NCBI RefSeq assembly: GCF_002803295.2
Contig: NZ_PGGB02000011.1
Location: forward strand, 7,246 to 39,245
Origin: Caedibacter taeniospiralis
GTDB taxonomy: Bacteria > Pseudomonadota > Gammaproteobacteria > Francisellales > Francisellaceae
Reading direction: 5' to 3'
Length of the DNA: 32,000 bases
Shown here: positions 20,934-30,465 of the stretch, piece by piece
Position numbering within the stretch: position 1 is the stretch's first letter
Layout: each line of letters begins with the position of its first letter
The notes under the pieces: model-generated
Told to the model about the DNA's origin: nothing
What the model saw: only the letters and a program-made list of their open reading frames with translations
Databases searched by the model: none
Program-made: the position numbers and the translations under genes

Positions 20934-21879
20934 TCAGTAATGAATCTTAGGATCTAAAAAAGCGTACACAATATCAACAACAAGATTGAATAGAATGACA
21001 AGAAGACTGTAGATAATAGTCAGTGCCAAGACGAGGTTATAGTCGCGATTTGTTGCTCCTTGAACAACTTGCACCCCAATCCCTGGTATTGTGTAGACTG
21101 TTTCCACAATAACCGACCCTGTTAGAATCCCTGCAATGGCAGGTCCCAAAAAGGAAACTACCGGCATCAATGCGGGCTTTAAGGCGTGCTTCCAGACAAT
21201 GCGTGGCATAGACAAACCTTTGGCTTTGGCCGTACGGATAAATGGTGAGCTTAAAATTTCGATCAAGCTACTTCTGGTGATCTGAGTGATAATAGCAATG
21301 TAAGGAATCGCAAGTACCGTCGCTGGCAATACCATATGGGTCAAGCTTCCCCAGCTCCCCGCGGGAAACATTCCAAGCCATACGGCAAAAATCAATACGG
21401 CAATCGGAGCTGTCACCACAATCGGAGTGGAGATAAATAGCATCGCAATAATGCTCATCACATGATCGATAGCATTAAGGCGCGTATTTCGGCTTAACGC
21501 TGATAAGACGCCAAAGAACACACCAAATAATACTGGCAATGGCGATGCTGCAAAGCCCAAGCTGCACAGACACCCAAAAACCACCCTGAGCGCCCAAAGG
21601 AAAGACCAACTGATTGATCGACATTCCCTGATATTTATACGAGTAGCCTAAATTGCCGTGAATAAGGTCATTAAGATAGTACAAAAACTGCTGCCATAAG
21701 GGTAAATCCAAGCGGTACTGGTGATGCAGCTGCTTCAGAACTTCAGGCGATAAAGCGCGTTCCGTTGAGAACGGATCCCCAGGGGTCATGTGTACCATAA
21801 TGAAGCTGATTAAGACAACGAAAAATATCGTTGGGATGGCGCCTGCTAGGCGCCGTAATACATAACTTAACATAGTCAT
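20934..21879 (-). pseudogene. oppB: Oligo/dipeptide ABC transporter permease OppB, split by an apparent frameshift
   Basis: N-terminal ORF (21475-21879: MLSYVLRRLAGAIPTIFFVVLISFIMVHMTPGDPF...FWVSVQLGLCSIAIAS) and C-terminal ORF (20934-21584: ...PLPVLFGVFFGVLSALSRNTRL...DPKIHY) lie in different frames and overlap. Together they cover one roughly 310-aa OppB. Confidence 0.85.
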
Positions 21880-21953
21880 CCCTATTTTAAGTTGAACAAA
21901 AATTTTTACTCACTGAAGTTACCAAGTCGCGCGAATATGAGACTTAAGCCTCT

Positions 21954-23603
21954 TTATTTTTGATCACCATAATTAAGGGAAAACCACTTGTCATAAACGT
22001 GGTCTAGATGGTTTATCTCCATATGATAATTCACCACATACGGTTTCACCAGATGTGTTACGTTTTGTGCATAAAGCGGGATACTCGGATAATCGTTTTG
22101 CATAAGCATTAATGCCTTGGTGTAGTAAGGTACTGCCGCATCAGCGGTAAGTTGTTTTTGCCCTTCTGCAATCAACTTATCATATTCAGTATTGCAATAA
22201 CCTGAGTTATTCTGTGGATTACCACACGTCCACATCGTGGCAAAGTTATCGATAGTATTAAAATCCGCTACCCAGCCATCTCGGGCAACACCATCATAAT
22301 TATGTGACTGACGCACTTTAAGAAATACTTTGAACTCCGAATTTGCCAAAGTCACCTTAACACCAAGATTCTGCACCCACATCTGCGCTATGGCTTCCAT
22401 GTCCTTTTTATGCTGCTCATCGGTATTGTAATCAATTGAAATTTTGAGTGGATTTTCCTTGGAATAACCCGCTTCCGCATAGAGTTTACGTGCAAGCTCA
22501 AGGCGCTTGTCAGCAGGTTCATTACTCCAGCTGTATTTCACATCCTTATAGCGAGCACCATCAATATCAGGTGGAAACAGGCTATAAGCAGCGCTACTGC
22601 CATCGCGCACGACATTTCTGACCAGGTCTTCTCGATCAATTGCCAAAGAGAGAGCTTCGCGTAACTTGGGATTGTCTTTAAACACTGATTTGGTCATATT
22701 GAAATCAAGATACTCTAAGGTTAGCCAGGGTGTTTGCTTCAGCTGATTCCCATATTGCTTTTTAAGCATGTCAAGGTTAATGGTTGGAATATACATCACA
22801 TAATCAATCTGTCCTGAGGCAAAATTATTCAAGGCAGAAGTTCGTTCAACAATCGGTACAAATTTCACATTTTGAATCTGCACATTCTTAGCATCCCAAT
22901 AATACGGATTTTTTGTGACAAGCACATAGCCGTTGGGAACCCAATCTTTTAGCATGTACGGACCATTGCTGATGAGTCGCCCTGCCTGAAAAAATCCTTG
23001 TCCGTATTGCTCAACTCCTTGTTTGTACACAGGATAGCTGACAGGATCCGCGATAATGCTTAAGAAGTAATACACTGGATAATCCAAGGTAATTTGTAAC
23101 TCATGCGAATTGATCACCTTAACCCCTAAACTTGAAACAGGTCGTTTTCCATCCATAATGGCTTGCGCGTTTTGAATTGGGGTAAGCTTATACGCCATTT
23201 CTGAAGCGGTTTTCGGATCTACCGCGCGCTTTAGGGAATATTCAAAATCATAGGCGGTTACAGATTCGCCATTTGACCATTTGGCATCATCTCTGAGAGA
23301 AAAAGTGTAGATAAGACCATCTTCGGATTCTTTCCACGATTTTGCCACACCAGCAACTGGATTATTAGATTGATCCTCGGTCATTAACCCCTCACTAAGA
23401 TCATACAAAATTCCCGCCGCCACATTCGTTTGCACATGAGCAGGATCAAGAGATTCAGGTTCCGAGCCATTCCCTCTGAGCAAAATATCCTTGCTTTTTG
23501 GCGCAAACTGACCCGACTGTGCTGACGAGTTTTCACTATTCCCACCACAGCCAATAATCAACACAGCAGACAACACTACCGATGCCAGTTTAATTTTTTC
23601 CAT
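21954..23603 (-). CDS. oppA: Oligopeptide ABC transporter periplasmic substrate-binding protein (OppA, SBP family 5)
   Basis: Lipoprotein signal MEKIKLASVVLSAVLIIGCGG; LLRGNGSEPESLDPAHVQTNVAAGILYDLSEGLM, EDGLIYTFSLRDDAKWSNGESVTAYDFEYSLKR; start at 23603 preferred over 23624. Confidence 0.94.
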   Translation of the reverse strand: MEKIKLASVVLSAVLIIGCGGNSENSSAQSGQFAPKSKDILLRGNGSEPESLDPAHVQTNVAAGILYDLSEGLMTEDQSNNPVAGVAKSWKESEDGLIYTFSLRDDAKWSNGESVTAYDFEYSLKRAVDPKTASEMAYKLTPIQNAQAIMDGKRPVSSLGVKVINSHELQITLDYPVYYFLSIIADPVSYPVYKQGVEQYGQGFFQAGRLISNGPYMLKDWVPNGYVLVTKNPYYWDAKNVQIQNVKFVPIVERTSALNNFASGQIDYVMYIPTINLDMLKKQYGNQLKQTPWLTLEYLDFNMTKSVFKDNPKLREALSLAIDREDLVRNVVRDGSSAAYSLFPPDIDGARYKDVKYSWSNEPADKRLELARKLYAEAGYSKENPLKISIDYNTDEQHKKDMEAIAQMWVQNLGVKVTLANSEFKVFLKVRQSHNYDGVARDGWVADFNTIDNFATMWTCGNPQNNSGYCNTEYDKLIAEGQKQLTADAAVPYYTKALMLMQNDYPSIPLYAQNVTHLVKPYVVNYHMEINHLDHVYDKWFSLNYGDQK

Positions 23604-23726
23604 ATTATTCTCCCCTAGAGACAAAGTTGTTTACCGTCAAAAATTAAGTTACATCTTTTTACTATTATTGTCACGAAGAAAATATCAAGCTAATGTAAAT
23701 TTATTACAAACCATCTGCTGCTTATT

Positions 23727-23745
23727 CCCCTCTTTTCAAGAGGGG
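23727..23745. other. Hairpin CCCCTCTT-TTC-AAGAGGGG
   Basis: 8-bp perfect stem with 3-nt loop, read directly, immediately beside the 44-bp palindrome. Confidence 0.6.
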
Positions 23746-23795
23746 TGCCGAGCAAGCCTGACCACTTTAAAGTGGTCAGGCTTGCTCGGCGGGGT
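23742..23795. repeat. 44-bp perfect palindrome (23747-23790) flanked by GGGGT direct repeats
   Basis: GGGGT|GCCGAGCAAGCCTGACCACTTT|AAAGTGGTCAGGCTTGCTCGGC|GGGGT; arms of 22 nt are exact reverse complements with no spacer. Confidence 0.85.
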
Positions 23796-23882
23796 GTTTT
23801 TAAAAGCGCATCGGTGCTCAGCACCATAGGGTGGGCGGAAATATGCTCACCGCCGAAAAATCTTTTCCCTTTTGCTTGCTCT

Positions 23883-25130
23883 CTAAAGACATTGCCGTTT
23901 GTATTTCAGAAAAATAACTAACAAAATGAATAAAGAACCGCTGGCAAATCCCATTGCCCAAGCGACATTTATCGTCATAAAAACTCCCCCAAGCACACCT
24001 GCGACACCCCAGCCAATCCCCTTAGCCAGGGCGTATAAGACCCCTGAAATAAAACCCTGGTATACCACAGGAACGGCATTTGAAAATCCAACAACCAGTA
24101 GCGAAAACACGACCATATCCCCAAAAGCCATGAAGAAACTCACTATATACGCAATTGCTTGAACATTCGCTGGATATATCGCTAACAGGGTTGCACCGAT
24201 GGTCCCTATCAGCATCGCCAATACAGCAACGATAAAAAGACAAATGTGAGATAAAAACCGCTGTAATACAGGCAGTAAAACCAGGGCTGAAATCATCAGT
24301 GATAAACCAATGAAACTAACCAGAAAACCAATCTCTGAAACAGAAAAACCAAGTTTTAATTTTGCCAATGGTTGAATAAACTGAAAATACATTCCCCACG
24401 CCAGTTGATCAAATAGCAAAAGCGCAATGAGAATAGCGATTTTCTTCTGCTTTAGTAAGCAATACACCGCAGAAAACAGCTTTTCCGTGTGATCTATTTT
24501 TTGCTGTTGATAATACTTATCTGGAGCATAACAACGCCAGACAAATAAAATTAGGACAACAGAGGCAACACTGACAAGATAATAAGGCGCAATATAGCTG
24601 TCAGCCCATATCATCATTAAGCTTCCCAAAAAAGGACCAATCACAAAAGCGAGCCCCGTAAAAAACTGCAGCAACCCAATCCATAACAGTTTACGTTTGT
24701 CATGGTGTGCCGCACTTGAAATACTCGCAATAACCACAGGAAACATCCCATATAACAGGTGTCCTAATGCAGAACCCAGGATAAATAACTCAAGGTAATG
24801 TACATAAGCTGAAAACACGGTCAAAGCGCCTGTGAGCGTCAACGCTAATATCGAAATAAACACCACTTTCCTGCGTCCAATGAAATCCGAAACAATCCCC
24901 CACAGGACATTCGCCATAATCCCTGCAAACTGCCCTGCTAACAAAAACATACCGTAATAAAATCCTGCTTCAGATTGACAACCAATAGTTAGCCAAAACG
25001 CTGACTTATCATCAAAGAATAACTGAACATAGCTTGGATTAATAAACGCAAATAAAAATTCCGTGGAAAATATCAGCAAATACGCCTGTAAAAAGAAGCG
25101 ATATGAAACGTTTTGAGATACCTGTCGCAT
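23883..25130 (-). CDS. MFS transporter (drug/siderophore efflux-like)
   Basis: 415 aa, about 12 hydrophobic segments; GMFLLAGQFAGIMANVLWGIVSDFIGRRKVVF is an MFS A-motif. Confidence 0.88.
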   Translation of the reverse strand: MRQVSQNVSYRFFLQAYLLIFSTEFLFAFINPSYVQLFFDDKSAFWLTIGCQSEAGFYYGMFLLAGQFAGIMANVLWGIVSDFIGRRKVVFISILALTLTGALTVFSAYVHYLELFILGSALGHLLYGMFPVVIASISSAAHHDKRKLLWIGLLQFFTGLAFVIGPFLGSLMMIWADSYIAPYYLVSVASVVLILFVWRCYAPDKYYQQQKIDHTEKLFSAVYCLLKQKKIAILIALLLFDQLAWGMYFQFIQPLAKLKLGFSVSEIGFLVSFIGLSLMISALVLLPVLQRFLSHICLFIVAVLAMLIGTIGATLLAIYPANVQAIAYIVSFFMAFGDMVVFSLLVVGFSNAVPVVYQGFISGVLYALAKGIGWGVAGVLGGVFMTINVAWAMGFASGSLFILLVIFLKYKRQCL

Positions 25131-25153
25131 GGGATCAAGTTCCTTATATGTTC

Positions 25154-25339
25154 ACGTGAGTTCGAGATAAAAAACCTTGTCAAAGCATCGTCTTTTCAAG
25201 CATTTCTGCGTTAGTATGTACTTAAAAATGCTCAAATTAGCGCAGCTAGTCCTGTGCTTTTTAAGTGCAAAAGCCTTGAACTGCTTAAAAATACTTGCTT
25301 TTAGCATGTGATTCAATGTTTCTTACGTCGAACTCACGT
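25154..25339. mobile_element. Candidate non-coding MITE-like element with 26-bp imperfect terminal inverted repeats
   Basis: Left end ACGTGAGTTCGAGATAAAAAACCTTG (25154-25179); right end reverse complement ACGTGAGTTCGACGTAAGAAACATTG (25314-25339); 22/26 identical, first 12 exact. Interior has further inverted symmetry and no ORF. Confidence 0.5.
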
Positions 25340-25481
25340 TATATTCATCTTTAAAGACTGCCATTTAACCTTGTCAAATAACCATAGTCAACTTGAAAGC
25401 TGTATTTTTTATTTTCAGGATACTTGTGCTTTTATATTTCAGCATTTACCATAGCGCTTCTTAGACCCCTCTTTTAAAAGA

Positions 25482-26174
25482 ATGACAGATACTAAAACAC
25501 CGCATTTTCGCACCATTAAAAGCTTTGTTAAACGTACTGGTCGCATGGGGATGCGTCAGCAGCATGCTCTTGCTGAATACGCCAAGCTTTATCAAATTCC
25601 CTATATTCCAGAGCAAACCTGCTTTGAAAGCTATTATAAAACCGCGCAAGCACTTGTGATTGAAATCGGTTTTGGCATGGGAGACAGCTTAGTTACCATG
25701 GCAAAAAATGCGTCTGATATTAATTTTCTTGGAATTGAAGTGCACGAGCCTGGGGTTGGTAATATCCTTGATGATATTCATGAACAGAAGCTCACTAATT
25801 TACGCATCATTCAACACGATGCGGTTGATGTGTTTAAGTATATGATCGCCAACAACTCATTGGCAGGGGTGCAAATATTTTTCCCTGATCCCTGGCATAA
25901 GAAGCGCCATCACAAACGACGTTTAATTAATGCTGAATTTATCGAACTTTTGACAACAAAACTCATCCCCCAAGGTTTCATTCACTTTGCCAGCGATTGG
26001 CAAGAATATGCTGATGAAGTCCTTGAATTACTCTTTGCAAACGCGGAGCTTTATAATCCACACGCAGGCTTTGCACCTCGCCCTCAAAACCGCCCCTTCA
26101 CAAAATTTGAAAATCGCGGTCAACGGTTAGCACACGGGATTTGGGATATCATTGTCTATAAAAGGCAGATGTAA
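25482..26174 (+). CDS. trmB: tRNA (guanine-N7-)-methyltransferase TrmB
   Basis: 230 aa; RTIKSFVKRTGRM, VIEIGFGMGDSL, FLGIEVHEPGVGN, IFFPDPWHKKRHHKRRLI. Confidence 0.95.
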   Translation: MTDTKTPHFRTIKSFVKRTGRMGMRQQHALAEYAKLYQIPYIPEQTCFESYYKTAQALVIEIGFGMGDSLVTMAKNASDINFLGIEVHEPGVGNILDDIHEQKLTNLRIIQHDAVDVFKYMIANNSLAGVQIFFPDPWHKKRHHKRRLINAEFIELLTTKLIPQGFIHFASDWQEYADEVLELLFANAELYNPHAGFAPRPQNRPFTKFENRGQRLAHGIWDIIVYKRQM

Positions 26175-26240
26175 AATGATCCCTGCAAAATATCTGGTAA
26201 ACTCCAGGGTTAAGCTAAAGCTAAAGAGAAAGGAAAAAAC

Positions 26241-27410
26241 ATGAGTAAAACGAAAAAGCTGAGCATCGAAGTTATTGGCGGGATTATCCTATTTACTGCG
26301 GCTATTGCCGCTATTGTCATTAACAATTCATGGCTAAGTCCGTACTACCATATGCTTGAAACGACTTATGCAACGATTTCTATCGGCGATTTTGCCTTGC
26401 AAAAAAACCTTACTCACTGGATTAACGATGGCTTTATGACACTTTATTTTTTACTTGTTGGCTTAGAAATTAAGCGCGAGTTTGTCGGTGGAACCCTATC
26501 GAGTAAGTCAAATATTATCATTCCCGCCATTGTTGCACTCTTTGGCTTATTAGTCCCTGCTTTTATTTATTTTTTACTGAATCAACACAGCTCCGACTAT
26601 CTACATGGTTGGGCAATTCCAACCGCCACCGATATTGCTTTTACATTGGGGATATTGGCACTTCTTGGTTCACGAGTTCCAACCTCACTTAAAATCCTTG
26701 TAACAACGATTGCCATCTTTGATGATATTGCCGCTATTGTAATTATCGCCATTTTCTATACCAGCAACTTGTCACTATTATCTTTGTTGGGCGCATTGAT
26801 ATGCCTTACTGTGCTGATTGGCATGAATAAAATTGGCATTAAAAAGCTCGCACCATTTGTGATTATGGGCATTATCATGTGGCTCTGCGTTCTAAAATCT
26901 GGAGTGCATGCAACCCTTTCAGGTGTCGCATTGGCAATGTGCCTCCCGCACACAGAAAAAAACTCCCCGTTGTTAAAGCTTGAACATGGACTCAATCCGT
27001 GGATTGTTTTCATGATTTTACCTTTATTTGCCTTTGCTAATGCGGGAATAAGCTTCAGCGGACTAAGCTTTACCAACTTACTCCATCCCGTTTCATTAGG
27101 AATCATTCTTGGTTTATTTCTTGGCAAACAAATCGGCATCTTTGGTAGCCTTTATCTATTCAGTAAAACAAAATATTTTAGCCTGGGACGCAACCTCTCC
27201 GTTTACCAGCTTTACGGTATTGGACTGGTCTGTGGTATTGGCTTTACCATGAGTCTATTCATCGGCACTCTTGCCTTTGCGACACCTGAACTCATGAACA
27301 TGGTAAAAATTGGCGTACTTGGGGGATCGCTTATATCGGGAATGTGTGGCTATATTTTCTTACGTCAATGCTGTACAACAGCTGAAGACGGTGACCCCTG
27401 TAGCACCTGA
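26241..27410 (+). CDS. nhaA: Na+/H+ antiporter NhaA
   Basis: 389 aa; [77 protein letters not shown]. Confidence 0.97.
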   Translation: MSKTKKLSIEVIGGIILFTAAIAAIVINNSWLSPYYHMLETTYATISIGDFALQKNLTHWINDGFMTLYFLLVGLEIKREFVGGTLSSKSNIIIPAIVALFGLLVPAFIYFLLNQHSSDYLHGWAIPTATDIAFTLGILALLGSRVPTSLKILVTTIAIFDDIAAIVIIAIFYTSNLSLLSLLGALICLTVLIGMNKIGIKKLAPFVIMGIIMWLCVLKSGVHATLSGVALAMCLPHTEKNSPLLKLEHGLNPWIVFMILPLFAFANAGISFSGLSFTNLLHPVSLGIILGLFLGKQIGIFGSLYLFSKTKYFSLGRNLSVYQLYGIGLVCGIGFTMSLFIGTLAFATPELMNMVKIGVLGGSLISGMCGYIFLRQCCTTAEDGDPCST

Positions 27411-27518
27411 ACCTACAACCAACGGATTACTTGCACCCCAATATGTGATGAGTTTTCAATAATGTCACACTGTTACTCCAGCTGTTAGCTACGTTTTTTT
27501 AGCAATGTTTCCATAACA

Positions 27519-28436
27519 TCAAACGCATAACTCAACCAATAGACTCTCAACCGCAAGCTGCTTATTCACATTAAAATGTTTACCTTCATAGGCTTTAAGC
27601 TTTAGCAATCGTTGATAATATTGATAAATTTCAAGATGATTATATCGCCTTGAAAAGTTTTGAATAAACAATTCCTGGTCCTGATGCGCCAACGATGAAA
27701 CCCCTAATCTAAGATAATATGCGTCGATCACAAAGCTTGTTAGCCAATAAAGCACATCTTTATAATGAGCACTTAGATCAATACTTAAGCCAAGTGGTGA
27801 TAATTCACCTGTTAGTACCCGAATCAGTGCTTTACGCAGCTGCCAGAAATCGTTATCGGTTTTAATTCTATCTACGACCGCAAGCTCATTTCGACTGACT
27901 TGCAAGGCTTTTTCTACATCCTTATAAGACAGCTGATATTTTTTTGCGAGGTAATCCTCTTTCTGTTCATGCTCCAAAACGATGTCAAACACCTGCACAC
28001 GTGAACGCAAGGTCGGCATAATCCATTGCAAATGATTGCTCGTCATCAAAAAATACGTATTCTCTGGGGGTTCTTCAAGGCTCTTAAGCAATGCATTAGC
28101 TGCAGAAATATTAAGCGCTTCCAAGGGGGAAATAATGACGACTTTAGCACTTGAGTGGTAGCTGCTAAGATAAATCTCCTCAAGCATGTCTTTTACCTGA
28201 TCAATTTTAATCTGCCCATGCTCTCCTTTAAGACAAAAGATGCCTGGAGTCAGGGTGAGATCACCCAATTCCTCTTTTTTTACTAATACACAACATATTT
28301 CATGCAGCAGCGTATCAAGCTCCAGATGATCAATATTGTTTAATAAAATACCGTGTGGCAAACGGTTTTGGACAGATGATGCTTTGATCTGATCGATAAA
28401 TGAACGGTAGTATTGACTAAGATCAAAGTCTTGCAT
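27519..28436 (-). CDS. holB: DNA polymerase III subunit delta'
   Basis: 305 aa; LPHGILL, IKIDQVKDMLEEIYLSSYHSSAKVVIISPLEALNISAANALLKSLEEPPENTYFLMTSNHLQWIMPTLRSRVQ. Confidence 0.9.
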   Translation of the reverse strand: MQDFDLSQYYRSFIDQIKASSVQNRLPHGILLNNIDHLELDTLLHEICCVLVKKEELGDLTLTPGIFCLKGEHGQIKIDQVKDMLEEIYLSSYHSSAKVVIISPLEALNISAANALLKSLEEPPENTYFLMTSNHLQWIMPTLRSRVQVFDIVLEHEQKEDYLAKKYQLSYKDVEKALQVSRNELAVVDRIKTDNDFWQLRKALIRVLTGELSPLGLSIDLSAHYKDVLYWLTSFVIDAYYLRLGVSSLAHQDQELFIQNFSRRYNHLEIYQYYQRLLKLKAYEGKHFNVNKQLAVESLLVELCV

Positions 28437-28439
28437 TTG

Positions 28440-29438
28440 TTATGGACCAACCCGCTGAAACATTTTAAGTGCACTTTGACACAATGCTGAAATCTTCGAT
28501 TTTTTTATTTTGTACTCAATATGAAACAACCTTGCACCTGAGCGGTATTTATCTAACAGGTAAGCGTCACTCGTTTTAAGCTCATCGACTAAATTAAGTG
28601 CCAAAGCCGATTGCCCAAACCAATACTCTCCAGTGGCAACTTTTTCAATATCCACATGAGGTCGATAATAACTGATGTGCTCTTTAAAAAGCTTGTGCAC
28701 AACTTCCAGCTCCTCCTTGAATTTCTCACGCCCTTCATCGGTATTTTCACCTAATACCGTCAGGGTGCGTTTATATTTACCAGCCGTATGCAGCTCAACA
28801 TCAACACCCTTATCGGTTAATAAACGATGAATATTGGGCAATTGAGCCACCACACCGATTGAGCCTACGATCGCAAACGGGGAGGCGATAATCGTATCAG
28901 CCACAGAAGCCATCATATAGCCACCACTGGCAGCGACCTGATCAATCACAGCAGTCAGTTTTAAATCTGCTGTTTTGATACGCGCAAGTTGCGCAGCGGC
29001 AAGCCCATAACCATTAACTACCCCTCCTGGACTTTCAAGCCTTATGACCACTTCATCGTTCTTTTTAGCAATCTGTAAAATCGCCGTAACCTCTTCTGCC
29101 AGCGCCTCACTTTGTGATGCTTTAATATCCCCATTAAAGTCAATGACAAATAGATTAGCCAACTCATCTGTCTGCGCTTTGTGCATGCGTTTTAATTTTT
29201 CATGATTTGCTTTATGCAGCTTTTTAAACGCACTTTTGCTGAACACTTCACTAGCAAGCTGCTCCTCGCGTTTTTGATACATTTTGTTTAATGACTTAAC
29301 GACGAGTTGCCCCTTTTTACTGGATTTCCCCTTTATCGATAACGCAACGATAAAAGAAAACCCAATAGTAATGGCAACAACGATTGTTACAGCTTCAAGA
29401 ACAAAAAACAAATAGTCAACGGCGTGCGCTGCCCACAT
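28440..29438 (-). CDS. sohB: Inner-membrane peptidase SohB (S49 family)
   Basis: 332 aa; FVIDFNGDIKASQSEALAEEVTAIL, VVIRLESPGGVVNGYGLAAAQLARI, DQVAASGGYMMASVAD, GSIGVVAQLPNIHRLL. Confidence 0.93.
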   Translation of the reverse strand: MWAAHAVDYLFFVLEAVTIVVAITIGFSFIVALSIKGKSSKKGQLVVKSLNKMYQKREEQLASEVFSKSAFKKLHKANHEKLKRMHKAQTDELANLFVIDFNGDIKASQSEALAEEVTAILQIAKKNDEVVIRLESPGGVVNGYGLAAAQLARIKTADLKLTAVIDQVAASGGYMMASVADTIIASPFAIVGSIGVVAQLPNIHRLLTDKGVDVELHTAGKYKRTLTVLGENTDEGREKFKEELEVVHKLFKEHISYYRPHVDIEKVATGEYWFGQSALALNLVDELKTSDAYLLDKYRSGARLFHIEYKIKKSKISALCQSALKMFQRVGP

Positions 29439-29447
29439 AATAGCTCC

Positions 29448-30062
29448 CTAGTGACGACGGTAAATTTTTTTAATCTGTTTAGGCAAAGTGCGTTGAAACG
29501 ATTCGCGGGCGAAAATACGCTCAGCATATCTGGTGATCTCACCCAGAGATTCATCCAGCGGAATCCCCTGCTCAGGCAACGCATGGAGCAATGCCGCAAG
29601 CGAACAGTCAGCCAGAGTCATTGAATCTGACATAAAGAATTCATTCTCCGAGAATATCGGCTCAATCGCTCTGAAGCTATCAACAAGGGCTATCTTAGCC
29701 TCTTCAACTTTCTTTGTGTCTGCTTCTCCTAGCAAAATAAAATTCAGCAATGAATACCATTCCCGATCAATACGCGTCATCGCAAGACGTGTACGTGCCC
29801 GCTCAACAGGATAATTTGGCAATAAGGAAGGGGAAGGATAACGTTCATCAATATATAACATCACCACTTCAGGCTCATATATGACATAATCCCGCTCTTT
29901 TAATATCGGCAAGGTCACTTCTGGGTTTAACTCCAAAATCATTTCCTTATCCCTTATTTCATCTAATTCGACGACCTTGAAACTCATGCGTTTTTCTTCC
30001 AAGGCAATCCGAGCACTATGCGAATAAGGGCAGTCTTTTTTTATATAGAGTGTGATGTACAT
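29448..30062 (-). CDS. sspA: Stringent starvation protein A (glutathione S-transferase fold)
   Basis: LYIKKDCPYSHSARIALEEKRMSFKVVELD, LNPEVTLPILKERDYVIYEPEVVMLYIDERYPSPSLLPNYPVERARTRL; start MYITLY at 30062 preferred over 30083. Confidence 0.9.
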   Translation of the reverse strand: MYITLYIKKDCPYSHSARIALEEKRMSFKVVELDEIRDKEMILELNPEVTLPILKERDYVIYEPEVVMLYIDERYPSPSLLPNYPVERARTRLAMTRIDREWYSLLNFILLGEADTKKVEEAKIALVDSFRAIEPIFSENEFFMSDSMTLADCSLAALLHALPEQGIPLDESLGEITRYAERIFARESFQRTLPKQIKKIYRRH

Positions 30063-30465
30063 CAAGCAAATATTTCTCAACAAAATGATGAGTCAATGGT
30101 AATGGGTTTGGGATAGTTGGTCAATTGCTTACATCTGAAATTCCTAAATTACATGATAATTTGATCCAAAGGCATGAACATGCGCGCGCCAAAGTTACAA
30201 ACTCCGTGGTGTCAACATTTGCCGTGTTAATCAGGTATGGTCGACTGACATCACCCATATTAACTTTTCATAACATTGCTGTTCATCTATCAAGTCTTGA
30301 ATCTTAATCACTTCGTTATCCCTTTACCTGAGCTATGCTAAGCTTGTGCAAGTTATTGTAACAACTGCAGTATTTATGGGAATTAAACAACTCCGCCATC
30401 ATTTTTTATACCTCACTGAAACACTAAAAGAGCCAAATTGATAGGTCTGATAGGTTCAAATCATT

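Noticed and set aside
23815-23827. GGTGCTCAGCACC small inverted repeat near the 44-bp palindrome
   Set aside because: Too short to separate from chance on its own, and no second copy was seen in the window.
26756-27139. 127-aa minus-strand ORF inside nhaA
   Set aside because: Shadow ORF antisense to well-conserved NhaA codons.
30125-30307. 60-aa plus-strand ORF in the sspA-tenA spacer
   Set aside because: Too short, and with no recognisable family; kept only as part of an unexplained spacer.
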